Below are positions 18,298-27,026 of a stretch of DNA of 32,582 nucleotides, piece by piece; positions within the stretch are counted from its first letter, which is position 1, and the number at the start of each line of letters is the position of its first letter. The stretch is from assembly GCA_045122995.1 (NCBI GenBank), contig JBGVIG010000448.1, forward strand, positions 1 to 32,582, written 5' to 3'. The notes beneath the pieces are model-generated. The model was not told where the DNA came from and did not search any database. It was given only the letters and a program-made list of their open reading frames with translations. Made by a program: the position numbers and the translations under genes. Origin of the DNA: Eubacteriales bacterium (GTDB taxonomy: Bacteria > Bacillota > Clostridia > Oscillospirales > CAG-272).

Positions 18298-18508
18298 CCC
18301 GCTTTTTCTTTGCGAAAAGAAAAAGCTTGGCAAAAAGAAACGATTCGTGCTCTCTCGATCTTTCAGAACAAGTCCCAAGACTCCGTTCTTCTCATAAAAA
18401 ATCAACAATAGCACCGCGCGCTCCTTTACGAAAAGAAAAAGCTTGGCAAAAAGAAACCTCCACCTTTTCTTTACGAAAAGAAAAGCGTAAAACCAAAAGA
18501 AACGATTC
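18298..18508 (+). repeat. Purine-rich direct repeats and polypyrimidine/polypurine hairpins (family 2)
   Basis: An exact 29-mer, CGAAAAGAAAAAGCTTGGCAAAAAGAAAC, occurs at 18313-18341 and 18429-18457, with a degenerate third copy at 18474-18503. Hairpins: GCTTTTTCTTT-GCGA-AAAGAAAAAGC (18301-18326) and CTTTTCTTT-ACGA-AAAGAAAAG (18464-18485). Confidence 0.8.
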
Positions 18509-18559
18509 AGGGTGCCACAGAATCTATTTTCTGCGTTTTTTATTTTTATGCTCGAATAT

Positions 18560-18660
18560 TTCCCCCTCTATCCATTGGGATCCCCCAGAGATAAGTCCCT
18601 TGGGCGGAGCGCGAGGCGGCGCCTCGCAAACAAAAAAAGCACCCGAAGGTGCTTTTTTCT
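18560..18660 (+). repeat. GC-hairpin intergenic repeat, copy C, fused to the GH95 bidirectional terminator
   Basis: CATTGGGATCCCCCAGAGATAAGTCCCTTGGGC, then GCGAGGC-GGC-GCCTCGC (18611-18627), A-tract, GCACC-CGAA-GGTGC (18639-18652), and a T-run. Confidence 0.8.
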
Positions 18661-20987
18661 TAAATTGTGATCGTGATCGCCTCGCCCTTTGCCATATCAA
18701 GCTCCACTTCATCGGGAGAAATCACGGAAAAACGGCACGCAATGTTTTTGCTTGCGATATCCGCCATGCGAACACGACATTTGCCACCCGTGCGCGCAAG
18801 GATACGGATCTCCGTCGGCTTTTTGTCTGCAAAGTCACAACCGCACACGAAGCCGCCTCTTGCCACAAGCCCATCGAAAGAGCCGTCTGCCCACACGTCA
18901 GGAAGTGCCGGCAAAAAGTCGAGAAAGCCTGCTTGGCTCTGGAGAAGCATTTCAGAGATGCCTGCCGTCGCACCGAAGTTGCCATCGATCTGGAACGGCG
19001 GGTGTGTATCCCAGAGGTTCGGAAGCGTGTTATTTTTGAGCATGGAATAATAGAGGTCATATGCGCGATTGCCGATGCCCGTTCTTGCCCATGCACAAAG
19101 GCGATGTGCCGCCGCCCAGCCCGTAGATTGATCCGAACGCTTGGTGAGCGAAATCTTTGCCCCCTCTAGCCATTCGGGGGTGTTTTTATTGATGATCGTC
19201 GCAGGATAAAGTCCCACAAGATGCGAAATATGGCGATGTTCATATTCACCGATATCGCCGTAATGCTCTTCCTCGCGGAATTCCTTTACTTGTCCGTCAA
19301 GACCGATCTGCACGGGATCCAGAAGAGGAAGCTGCCCACGGATCAGCGTGAGAAGCTCGTCATCTTCCTCACCAAGGATCTCTGCCGCTTCCAACACGCG
19401 TTTATGGTTTTCATAGATCATCTGCTGGTCAAATGCACAGCCAACGGTCTGATAATAAGAGCCGTCCGGATTTTGCTGCTCTGGAGAAGCAGAATCGCGT
19501 GCAAGAAGCTTGCCGTCCACTTCAATGAGCGTTTTGGAAAGGAAACGGGACATTTCCTTGAGGAAGGGATAACCTACCTCACGCAGATATTCCTTATCCC
19601 CCGTAAAGGTATAATAATCCCAGAAAAGAAGCGAAGTAAAGGGACCTGTGCCGGGACCGGAATGTCCGCCGGGGGCAGGCGAAGAAACATGGTAAAGAAA
19701 GCCCGCCGTACCGATCGTCCAGCCGTTTTCTCCGTCAGCTCCGGCTTTTTCGGGGTGTTGCTTGCGGATATAGAAATCCGCATGGTGATGCGCAGAAGGC
19801 ATATAGGCTTTTGCATAATCAATATAAGGAATAAAACATTCCGCAAGGTTCGCAATGCCCGAATGCCAATAGTTCATCTGCACGTTGATATTGTGGTGAT
19901 AATCCGCACCCCAAGGAGAGCTGCCATGGCAAACCCATGTGCCTTGCAGATTCGCAGGATAACCACCCGGACGCGAGGACGCGATGAGCAGGTATCTGCC
20001 GTATTGATAATACAGCGTTTCAAGATAAGCACTTCTGCCCCCATTTTTATAAACGGAAAGAAGCTCGTTTGTGGGAATCAAAAGATCCTTTTCATCAAAT
20101 CCGATGAAAAGCTTCACACGGTCATAAAGCGCCTGATAATCCTCGACGTGTGCTTTACGAAGCGCATCATAACTCTTGGCACAAGCTTTATCCAAACGCT
20201 TACAAAGTGCCGCATGAGGATCGGCATAAGGCGCAAGCTTTTTCTTCGGATCAGTTTCCGAAAAAACGCGAGCTTCCATTTTATAATTCGTGCCAAAGGT
20301 GAAAAGCAACACCGCTTCGTTTGCGTTTTCCACGGTGATGCCGTCATCGGCATAAGAAACCGTGCCTCCTTCGGTCTGCACCTTTGCTTGACCTTCATAA
20401 ATGATACTATAATAATTGGAAAGACCTCGCATGATCAGGCGATCTTTTTCCGCATAGATTTCCCCAACTCTGCCGCAACCGTCCCCCTCCTCAATGCAGT
20501 AATCCTTGAGATACGGAATATGGAAACGACAGCGGAAAGAAAGCTTTCCTTTTTCACTTGCGGTAAGCTTCAAAGCCATCACGCGATCGGGATAGCTGAC
20601 AAAACATTCTCTTTCATAGCGTACACCGTCCACGGTATAAGCAACGTGCGCGGTCGCGTCGTCAAGCACAAGGTCACGGATATAGTCTTCATATTCATGA
20701 TGATCGGTATCAAGATAGATATCCCCAAACGTTTGCGTGCCACCATTCCCCAGCCGCCAAGGGTGTCCCCAAAGACCGGGGTTCGCAAGACTGTTTTCCG
20801 TAATGTTAATGCGTTCTGTCACCACTCTGCCGAAAACAGAAGCGCCAAAATAGGAATTTCCAAGGGGCAATGACCATTTTTCCCAACCTGCCATCATAGG
20901 ATCGTCACGATGGCGTCGGTCGCTATCAACGATATCCGGTGCGGGAATCGTATACCAAAGCTTCATGGGGCATTGTTGTTTTTTCAT
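18660..20987 (-). CDS. Glycoside hydrolase family 95 (alpha-L-fucosidase-type)
   Basis: Motifs KLWYTIPAP…W…SLPLGN, SYPDRVMALKL, YQYGRYLLIASSRPG..PANLQGTW and NINVQMNYW match GH95 hallmarks. The ATG at 20987 has an AAGGTG RBS; the ORF opens at GTG 20996. Confidence 0.88.
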   Translation of the reverse strand: MKKQQCPMKLWYTIPAPDIVDSDRRHRDDPMMAGWEKWSLPLGNSYFGASVFGRVVTERINITENSLANPGLWGHPWRLGNGGTQTFGDIYLDTDHHEYEDYIRDLVLDDATAHVAYTVDGVRYERECFVSYPDRVMALKLTASEKGKLSFRCRFHIPYLKDYCIEEGDGCGRVGEIYAEKDRLIMRGLSNYYSIIYEGQAKVQTEGGTVSYADDGITVENANEAVLLFTFGTNYKMEARVFSETDPKKKLAPYADPHAALCKRLDKACAKSYDALRKAHVEDYQALYDRVKLFIGFDEKDLLIPTNELLSVYKNGGRSAYLETLYYQYGRYLLIASSRPGGYPANLQGTWVCHGSSPWGADYHHNINVQMNYWHSGIANLAECFIPYIDYAKAYMPSAHHHADFYIRKQHPEKAGADGENGWTIGTAGFLYHVSSPAPGGHSGPGTGPFTSLLFWDYYTFTGDKEYLREVGYPFLKEMSRFLSKTLIEVDGKLLARDSASPEQQNPDGSYYQTVGCAFDQQMIYENHKRVLEAAEILGEEDDELLTLIRGQLPLLDPVQIGLDGQVKEFREEEHYGDIGEYEHRHISHLVGLYPATIINKNTPEWLEGAKISLTKRSDQSTGWAAAHRLCAWARTGIGNRAYDLYYSMLKNNTLPNLWDTHPPFQIDGNFGATAGISEMLLQSQAGFLDFLPALPDVWADGSFDGLVARGGFVCGCDFADKKPTEIRILARTGGKCRVRMADIASKNIACRFSVISPDEVELDMAKGEAITITI

Positions 20988-21037
20988 ACTGTTCACCTTT
21001 TTCTAAAAAATGCATCTGCAAACACTTGTCCTTGATC

Positions 21038-22150
21038 TTAAGGATTGAACGTCTTGCGGAAGCGTTCGCAATAATACTGAATATTTTCCCATTTCGCGCC
21101 GAGAGGGATTCGGTGATCGGGACATGGGATATAGCCGCCAAGCTCCACAAGCGGACGCAGGCGTTCGATCTCTTTGTCAATTGCCGCATAATCTGCCGCG
21201 AAAACGTTTTTATTCATACCGCCGACACCGCGCACCTCTTTGCCAAAGCGCGCACGCCACGGCGCGATGCTCGCCTGCCATGTGCCAACTTCCATGGGAA
21301 ACATGGTATTCACACCATTTTTGATCCATGTCGGCATCAGATGATCAATAAGACCATCGCAATCAAGTGAAACAATATCACAGCCATAAGTTTTCAAAAG
21401 ATCGGTGATGCGCTTATAATGCGGACCAACCAGCTCATCAAAAACAGAAGGCGTGACAAGAGGTCCATTTTTATAGCAGATATCCTCCCAGAAATGTGCC
21501 ACATCGGGGCGAAGTCCGCGCTCCAACGCAATTTTCACGTTTTGATACTGCACCTCAGCCACGGTATCCACGATCTCTTTGTAAAGCTCCTCATCATCTG
21601 CATAAAGATAAGAAAGCTCTTCCACACCAAGCATATCGCGGATAATGCCCATCAGACTTCCTGCTTCAAACTGCACAGGGCGATGCGTGATGGTGTCCTG
21701 CTTTGCGATCAAATCGTCAAGCAAATCAAAGCTCTGGCGCAGTTCGGTGGGCTGCAGACGGAATTTATAATCCTTTTCCCAAGATTCCCTTCCCGAAAAG
21801 CTCGTCCCTACGGTTTCGGGAATAGAAACAGTGCCGTCACGCTCGATCTCAATCAATCCCGAAGAATTGCGCACCTTTCTTCTGCCGTCAGGATAGACCG
21901 CCAAAACCTCTCTTTTGAAAGCAGGGCGGAGTGATCGCGCACACCGATAAAGGCTGATCCACTCAAAATCAAACCCAAGCTTCTTTTCCAGCTCTGCTTG
22001 CACGTTGGCATAACAGGAAAGAGCCGATTCAATTCGCCCTTCCGATTTCCACTGCATCAGCAGTTCGTCCCAAAAGCCGAAGTGAACGACAGGAAAATAA
22101 TCATAAGTCTTATAATGCAAGATCGCCATGGTGTTTTCCCTGATATTCAT
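21038..22150 (-). CDS. Uroporphyrinogen decarboxylase (URO-D)-family protein of unknown role
   Basis: 370 aa with RBS GGAGG. Its overall pattern and the C-terminal GGYIPCPDHRIP… resemble the URO-D/MtaA-like proteins common in gut Clostridia carbohydrate loci. Confidence 0.65.
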   Translation of the reverse strand: MNIRENTMAILHYKTYDYFPVVHFGFWDELLMQWKSEGRIESALSCYANVQAELEKKLGFDFEWISLYRCARSLRPAFKREVLAVYPDGRRKVRNSSGLIEIERDGTVSIPETVGTSFSGRESWEKDYKFRLQPTELRQSFDLLDDLIAKQDTITHRPVQFEAGSLMGIIRDMLGVEELSYLYADDEELYKEIVDTVAEVQYQNVKIALERGLRPDVAHFWEDICYKNGPLVTPSVFDELVGPHYKRITDLLKTYGCDIVSLDCDGLIDHLMPTWIKNGVNTMFPMEVGTWQASIAPWRARFGKEVRGVGGMNKNVFAADYAAIDKEIERLRPLVELGGYIPCPDHRIPLGAKWENIQYYCERFRKTFNP

Positions 22151-22171
22151 AAAAACCTCCGATGTGGAATT

Positions 22172-23764
22172 TTAATATTCGATCGCCAAAAAGAGTTTTT
22201 CGCCTTTTTTGCGCAGAAGCACCGTCAAGATCACCGCAAGCAACAGTGCCACGGCACAAACGATAAAGCCGAATACAACAAGAGAAATACTCATCGTGTA
22301 AGCCACGATAGAAAGGATCAGCGGAATCATCGCAAAAAACATACCGCCAAAAAGTGTCACGGTCACAGGAATGCTGTTTTTTGCCACTGCCATTTCGGTC
22401 TGCCAATCAAATTTATATTTTTTCAGATTGACAAAAAGTCCGACAATACCCGTATTATACGAATACAAAAGCGGCACAAGCACCGTCAAAATCGTTTGCA
22501 TGAGAGAAAAATCAAGCACGATGCTCGTGATCAGCGAACAAAGGAAAAGAACCGGGAAACAAACGACAATATGCAAAAGAAGCTTTGCTTCCAAAATCGT
22601 ATTGGCAGAAACGGGCAAGCTTTTAAGAAGGGGAAATGCCTTTCCTTCCAGCGAGATCGCAGTGTTCGTCAGGCAGCTCATCGCAGCACCCATCGCAAAC
22701 AAGTACGGCAGCATCGTCATCAGGATATCCATGCCGCCTTCTTCCCCACCAAACTGCAAAGGAAACATAATCGCAAAGATCACTGCCATGAGAAGTCCCG
22801 CGCCTTGGTTAACAAGAAGCCCCGGCGAGGAGATGATGCGTCTTGCGTCCTTTTTCAGAAGTGCAAGCTTCACACCGGAAGCGGCTTTTTTCAGCTTGTA
22901 CGCCACACGATAGGAGCGAGGCGCAAAAAATTCATGGAATTTGGCATAGCATTTACCAAAAACGAGCGAAACGACGGCAAATGCCAACAGCGAGATGCCC
23001 ACAAAAAGCAATGCGGAGCTGATGCTGCCAAGCACACCCTCCGAGAAGAGCTTCACCGGCGGATATATTTGTTCCATGCGCGCCGCAGCGCCTTGCAAAG
23101 CTTCCATCATCTGCGCGGGATCTTCCGTGGCGTTGGTGGAAAGTGTCATGGAGCCAAGCATCACGCCAACGAAAAAGAGAACATAGAAGATCGAACCGAC
23201 AAGCTTCGCACGGCGGAAACGCGATGCGATAAGGCTTACTACCGCGGAAATCATTGCCGCCACCAGAATGGGGATCAGCGGCACGAAAAAGCTCATAATA
23301 AGAAATGAAACGAGAAAATAAAGATCAAAACCGCCAAACACCGTATAGCAAACGGCACAAGGCAAAAGAAAGGCCATCGTACTGATCAGATCCAGCACAT
23401 AAAGTGTCATCAGTTTTGCCGCGACGATCGTTTCGCCCTTGATCGGCAAAGAAAAGAGCATATCATGATCCTTCGGCAAAAAGATGAGCGCTTTCGTATA
23501 GGTAACAGATTGAAAAAGCGTGAGGAGCGAAGATGCTGTGACCACAAGTGTGGGAAGTATATACAGCGCATCAAATACCACAAGCGAGCCTGCGATCATA
23601 AATTCATAAATGCCGAAAAGCACCGCGAGGAAAAGCCACAGCACGATCTGCCCTGCGGCAGAGGCGTTCTTTTTCCGCTTACTGAGAGAACGGCTGCCAA
23701 GCACGAACGCAGAGCCGAGCTGAACACGGAAAACGGTCCAAAAGTTATTTTTCACCCTCGTCAC
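22172..23764 (-). CDS. Putative ABC exporter permease (~12 TM)
   Basis: 530-aa polytopic protein. It overlaps the 3' end of the upstream ABC ATPase gene by 20 nt. GTG start; the exact start is uncertain. Confidence 0.75.
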   Translation of the reverse strand: MTRVKNNFWTVFRVQLGSAFVLGSRSLSKRKKNASAAGQIVLWLFLAVLFGIYEFMIAGSLVVFDALYILPTLVVTASSLLTLFQSVTYTKALIFLPKDHDMLFSLPIKGETIVAAKLMTLYVLDLISTMAFLLPCAVCYTVFGGFDLYFLVSFLIMSFFVPLIPILVAAMISAVVSLIASRFRRAKLVGSIFYVLFFVGVMLGSMTLSTNATEDPAQMMEALQGAAARMEQIYPPVKLFSEGVLGSISSALLFVGISLLAFAVVSLVFGKCYAKFHEFFAPRSYRVAYKLKKAASGVKLALLKKDARRIISSPGLLVNQGAGLLMAVIFAIMFPLQFGGEEGGMDILMTMLPYLFAMGAAMSCLTNTAISLEGKAFPLLKSLPVSANTILEAKLLLHIVVCFPVLFLCSLITSIVLDFSLMQTILTVLVPLLYSYNTGIVGLFVNLKKYKFDWQTEMAVAKNSIPVTVTLFGGMFFAMIPLILSIVAYTMSISLVVFGFIVCAVALLLAVILTVLLRKKGEKLFLAIEY

Positions 23765-24479
23765 CGCCCTTCACATCAGCGAGCTCGAGGAATACTTCTT
23801 CCAGACTGCCATCACCGACGATATCTTCCGTGTCGCCCGAAACAACAAGCTTACCGGCTTTGATGATGGCGATCTTATTGCAAAGTTTTTGCGCGACCTC
23901 CAACACGTGTGTGGAGAAAAAGATCGCGGAACCATTTTCACAAAGCTCACGGAAAACCTCTTTCAAAAGATGCGCCGCTTTCGGATCAAGCCCCACAAAA
24001 GGTTCGTCCAAAATGAGAAGCTTCGGCGAATGAATGAGTGCCGAAATAATGGCAAGTTTTTGCTTCATGCCGTGAGAATACGAGGAGATCGGCGCGCCAA
24101 GATCGCCGGAAAGCTCAAACATCGCGGCATATTTTTCGATCTTCTTGCTTCTTTCGTCCGCAGGAACACCGAAAATATCACCGATAAAATTCAAATAAGC
24201 GATACCGCTCATAAATTCATAAAGATCAGGATTATCCGGGATATATGCCGTGATTTTTTTCGCGGCAAGAGGATCTGCTTTGACAGAAACACCGCCAATG
24301 AGGATATCACCCTCTGTGAAATCAAGGATACCGCAAGCGGCACGGAGCGACGTGGTCTTGCCTGCGCCGTTGTGACCGATAAAGCCGTAAATATCCCCTG
24401 CCTCGACCTTGATGCAAAGGTTATCTACCGCGCGTTTACCACCCTTATATGTTTTAGAAAAATTACGAAATTCCAGCAT
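23745..24479 (-). CDS. ABC transporter ATP-binding protein
   Basis: Walker A GHNGAGKTT, signature YSHGMKQK, Walker B LILDEP. The ATG at 24479 lies 9 nt after AAGGA; the ORF opens at 24497. Confidence 0.9.
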   Translation of the reverse strand: MLEFRNFSKTYKGGKRAVDNLCIKVEAGDIYGFIGHNGAGKTTSLRAACGILDFTEGDILIGGVSVKADPLAAKKITAYIPDNPDLYEFMSGIAYLNFIGDIFGVPADERSKKIEKYAAMFELSGDLGAPISSYSHGMKQKLAIISALIHSPKLLILDEPFVGLDPKAAHLLKEVFRELCENGSAIFFSTHVLEVAQKLCNKIAIIKAGKLVVSGDTEDIVGDGSLEEVFLELADVKGGDEGEK

Positions 24480-24526
24480 ACGATTCATTCCTTTCAAAAG
24501 GGAAAGCCCTTTAACATAGTAATCAA

Positions 24527-24555
24527 ATTATAGCATGAATGGGATAAAATGTAAA
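24527..24555 (-). promoter_or_regulatory. Promoter for the ABC exporter genes
   Basis: On the minus strand: TTTACA (24555-24550), 17 nt, TGC-TATAAT (-10 at 24532-24527). Confidence 0.55.
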
Positions 24556-24568
24556 GATATTTCCTCCT

Positions 24569-24994
24569 TTATTCTTCCCCACGCTGTTCGTTTTTTTGCA
24601 GTGCGCTGTTGATGTCCCTGATGGATTTTTGATAGATTTTATCCTGAATATAACAAACGAGTACAAAGATTGCGGCGCCAACGATGAACGCGATCCCGTC
24701 TGACAGCAAATAATATTTCCATGAACGCGAAAAACCGTAGAAAATGCGAAAAAGTGACCAGCAAAACAAAACGCTGATGACATAAACGATCGCGCGGCGA
24801 ACCCAAAGATTTCGTGAAAAGATCTTGAATTCAAAAACAAAAAATGCAAAGGTATCCGCAAGCGCAGCACCACCGATCGTGATCTGCGCCATACGGATCG
24901 TAAAGGTATTTGGAAAAAGAAATCCAAACACAAACACCAAAATCGCCGTATAGGCAAGTGTTCTCCATAAATTCTCAAAATATCGTTTTCTCAT
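24569..24994 (-). CDS. Small 4-TM membrane protein (DUF3021-like), partner of the LytTR protein
   Basis: 141 aa with four hydrophobic segments. The ATG at 24994 lies 3 nt after the LytTR stop, with a GGGGGTG RBS; an alternative GTG at 25000 overlaps the stop as GTGTGA. Confidence 0.7.
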   Translation of the reverse strand: MRKRYFENLWRTLAYTAILVFVFGFLFPNTFTIRMAQITIGGAALADTFAFFVFEFKIFSRNLWVRRAIVYVISVLFCWSLFRIFYGFSRSWKYYLLSDGIAFIVGAAIFVLVCYIQDKIYQKSIRDINSALQKNEQRGEE

Positions 24995-24996
24995 AT

Positions 24997-25434
24997 TCAC
25001 ACCCCCAATTTTTTCTTGATCTCGGAAACGTACTGTCTGGAAACGATCAGTTTTTCTCCGTTTAACATCGTAGCAACAAGACGGCTGTTTTCCATCGGCT
25101 TGATGCTCCGCATCTTTTTGAGATTGGCAATCATCGTTTTGGAAATGCGCGCAAACACCGTATTCGCAAGACTTTCTTCAATTTTATAAAGTCTTGCCGC
25201 ACTTTCATAAACTTCCCTTTCCGTATAGAAAAATATCTTTCCGTCCACCGTTTCAAAATAATAAATATCCCGCATCGGTACGAAAAACGTTTCTCCCTCG
25301 CGCCGTCCTGCAAACGTATGGTCAGCAAGGCTGATGTGCGAAATGATCTCAGCAAGCTCCGCTGTCATCTCGCGGCAAAGAACGGTGATCTCCGTTTCCG
25401 CGATCCGCTTGTCTTCTTTGATCGTAATCTTCAT
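24997..25434 (-). CDS. Stand-alone LytTR-family DNA-binding protein (no receiver domain)
   Basis: 145 aa starting at the ATG at 25434 (RBS AGAGGTG). Pattern typical of the LytTR domain: …I.YFE…K…..T…Y……L..LE..L….F.R.S.S.I.N…I. Confidence 0.8.
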   Translation of the reverse strand: MKITIKEDKRIAETEITVLCREMTAELAEIISHISLADHTFAGRREGETFFVPMRDIYYFETVDGKIFFYTEREVYESAARLYKIEESLANTVFARISKTMIANLKKMRSIKPMENSRLVATMLNGEKLIVSRQYVSEIKKKLGV

Positions 25435-25467
25435 ATTGCACCTCTTTTCAGCTCTTTTTCTGTGTTT

Positions 25468-25496
25468 AGGATAGCATTTTTCATACCACTTGTCAA
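25468..25496 (-). promoter_or_regulatory. Promoter for the LytTR operon
   Basis: On the minus strand: TTGACA (25496-25491), 17 nt, TGC-TATCCT (-10 at 25473-25468). Confidence 0.45.
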
Positions 25497-25546
25497 CGCA
25501 AGGCAAAGCGTCCTGCGTTTTTGATGCCGTGAGATACAAATGCGTC

Positions 25547-25575
25547 TTGACTTTGCCTTTACTTTATATTATAAT
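25547..25575 (+). promoter_or_regulatory. Promoter for the glucokinase gene
   Basis: TTGACT (25547-25552), 17 nt, TATAAT (25570-25575). Confidence 0.55.
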
Positions 25576-25684
25576 GAAAATGGACGAATATCGTCCGTCG
25601 GCAAAATCTTGTACTTATAATTATATGTAAATAAAACCGAAAAATCGGCTTGCGTTTTTCAAAAAACGCGGAAAGGAACTACTT

Positions 25685-26659
25685 ATGAAATTCATCATCG
25701 GCGTGGATCTCGGCGGTACAAACATCGCCATCGGCATTTTGGACGAAAACTTCAATATTATCAAAAAAGGCTCCGTTCCCACTTTGGCACAGAGAGGCCC
25801 TGAACCTATCGTTCATGACATGGCGGAACTTTCCAAAAAACTCATTGCGGAATGCGGTCTTGTTATGGAAGATCTTCTCGGCGCAGGTATCGCTTGTCCC
25901 GGCACTGTAAACCCCGATACCGGTATTGTTGAATATGCAAACAATATTAAATTTGATAACTTCCCGCTCGTGGAACTCTATTCCAAAGAAATGAATATCG
26001 CACCCGAAATGGTGAAGATCGGTAACGACGCAAACCTTGCGGCGCTCGGCGAAGCTGTTGCCGGTGCAGCAAAGGGCGCAAAATCTTCCGTTATGATCAC
26101 CCTCGGCACAGGCGTTGGCGGCGGCGTTATCCTCAACGGCACCGTTCTTACCGGTTGTGCATACGGCGGTGCGGAACTTGGCCACATGGTTATTGAAAAA
26201 GACGGCAGACCTTGCTCCTGCGGTAGAAACGGTTGTCTTGAAGCATACTGCGCAGCAACTGCGCTTGTAAAACTCACCAAAGAAAAATTCGCCGAATGCC
26301 CTGATTCGCTCATGGTGGAAATGTGCGAAGGCGATATCAACCGCGTTGGCGGCAAAACTGCTTTCGCTGCGATGAAAAAAGGCGACAAAGCAGGTGCTGA
26401 AGTTGTTGACACTTTCATTTCTTACCTTGCAATCGGTGTTGCAAACCTCATCAATATCTTCCAGCCCGAAGTATTCACCATCGGCGGCGGTGTTTCCGGT
26501 GAAGGCGACAACCTCATCATTCCGCTCAAGGAAAAGGTTTGCAAAGAAGTATATTCCAAAGATAACACCCTCAAGACTGACCTCCGCGTTGCAACACTCG
26601 GCAACGATGCAGGTATCATCGGTGCAGGTGCATTTGCACTCAACAGCAAGATTATTTAA
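25685..26659 (+). CDS. glcK: ROK-family glucokinase
   Basis: N-terminal GVDLGGTNIAIG, ROK signature, and zinc motif CSCGRNGCLEAYC. Confidence 0.85.
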   Translation: MKFIIGVDLGGTNIAIGILDENFNIIKKGSVPTLAQRGPEPIVHDMAELSKKLIAECGLVMEDLLGAGIACPGTVNPDTGIVEYANNIKFDNFPLVELYSKEMNIAPEMVKIGNDANLAALGEAVAGAAKGAKSSVMITLGTGVGGGVILNGTVLTGCAYGGAELGHMVIEKDGRPCSCGRNGCLEAYCAATALVKLTKEKFAECPDSLMVEMCEGDINRVGGKTAFAAMKKGDKAGAEVVDTFISYLAIGVANLINIFQPEVFTIGGGVSGEGDNLIIPLKEKVCKEVYSKDNTLKTDLRVATLGNDAGIIGAGAFALNSKII

Positions 26660-26866
26660 TTTTTCTGTTTTTTATAAAAAATAGTGTCCTTTTCTCTTTT
26701 TGAAAGAGAAAAGAACGAAAAGAGAAGCAAAAAACGTATCGACGTTTTATCTCTCTTTCGTACTACTGAAAGTGGCTCGATCGCCTGCAAGAGATGGCTC
26801 GCGCGAACAAGATTCGCGCGCCCTCCTCACTGGCGGTTCCGGGACGCCCCTCTTGTCTACGGCGGT

Positions 26867-27026
26867 TCGGGAACTGTACTATCAAATTTTAGCAAAACAT
26901 ATAGTGAAGAACTCCACGAACGGTTTCTTTTGCCGAGCTTCTTTTATCGGGAACTACACTATTAAATTTTAGCAAAACATACAGCGAAGAACTCCACGAG
27001 CGGTTTCTTTTGCCAATCTTTTCTTT
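26867..27026 (+). repeat. 80-bp tandem duplication
   Basis: Unit TCGGGAACT..ACTAT.AAATTTTAGCAAAACATA.AG.GAAGAACTCCACGA.CGGTTTCTTTTGCC starts at 26867 and again at 26947. I count about 6 mismatches over the first ~68 nt. Confidence 0.85.

Noticed and set aside
18234-18300. SOS (LexA/Cheo box, CGAAC-N4-GTTCG) operator upstream of uvrB and uvrA.
   Set aside because: No such palindrome occurs near the uvrB promoter or in the 16188-16259 spacer. The only GAAC…GTTC pair (18366-18388) has a 15-nt spacer instead of the required 4 nt.
18298-18508. Possible CRISPR array formed by the repeated 29-30-mers here and the repeats at 26867-27085.
   Set aside because: There are only 2-3 copies with irregular spacing (116 and 45 nt). 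The sequence between copies is itself repeat-related and low-complexity. No cas genes or leader are present. The repeats at 26867-27026 are a simple 80-bp tandem duplication.
26684-26972. ORFs of 93 and 90 aa (26684-26965 and 26700-26972), plus the 5' extension of the PAP2 ORF from 27051.
   Set aside because: They lie entirely within the repeat and hairpin spacer, lack RBSs, and have low-complexity translations. The PAP2 gene has a proper RBS at the ATG at 27096.
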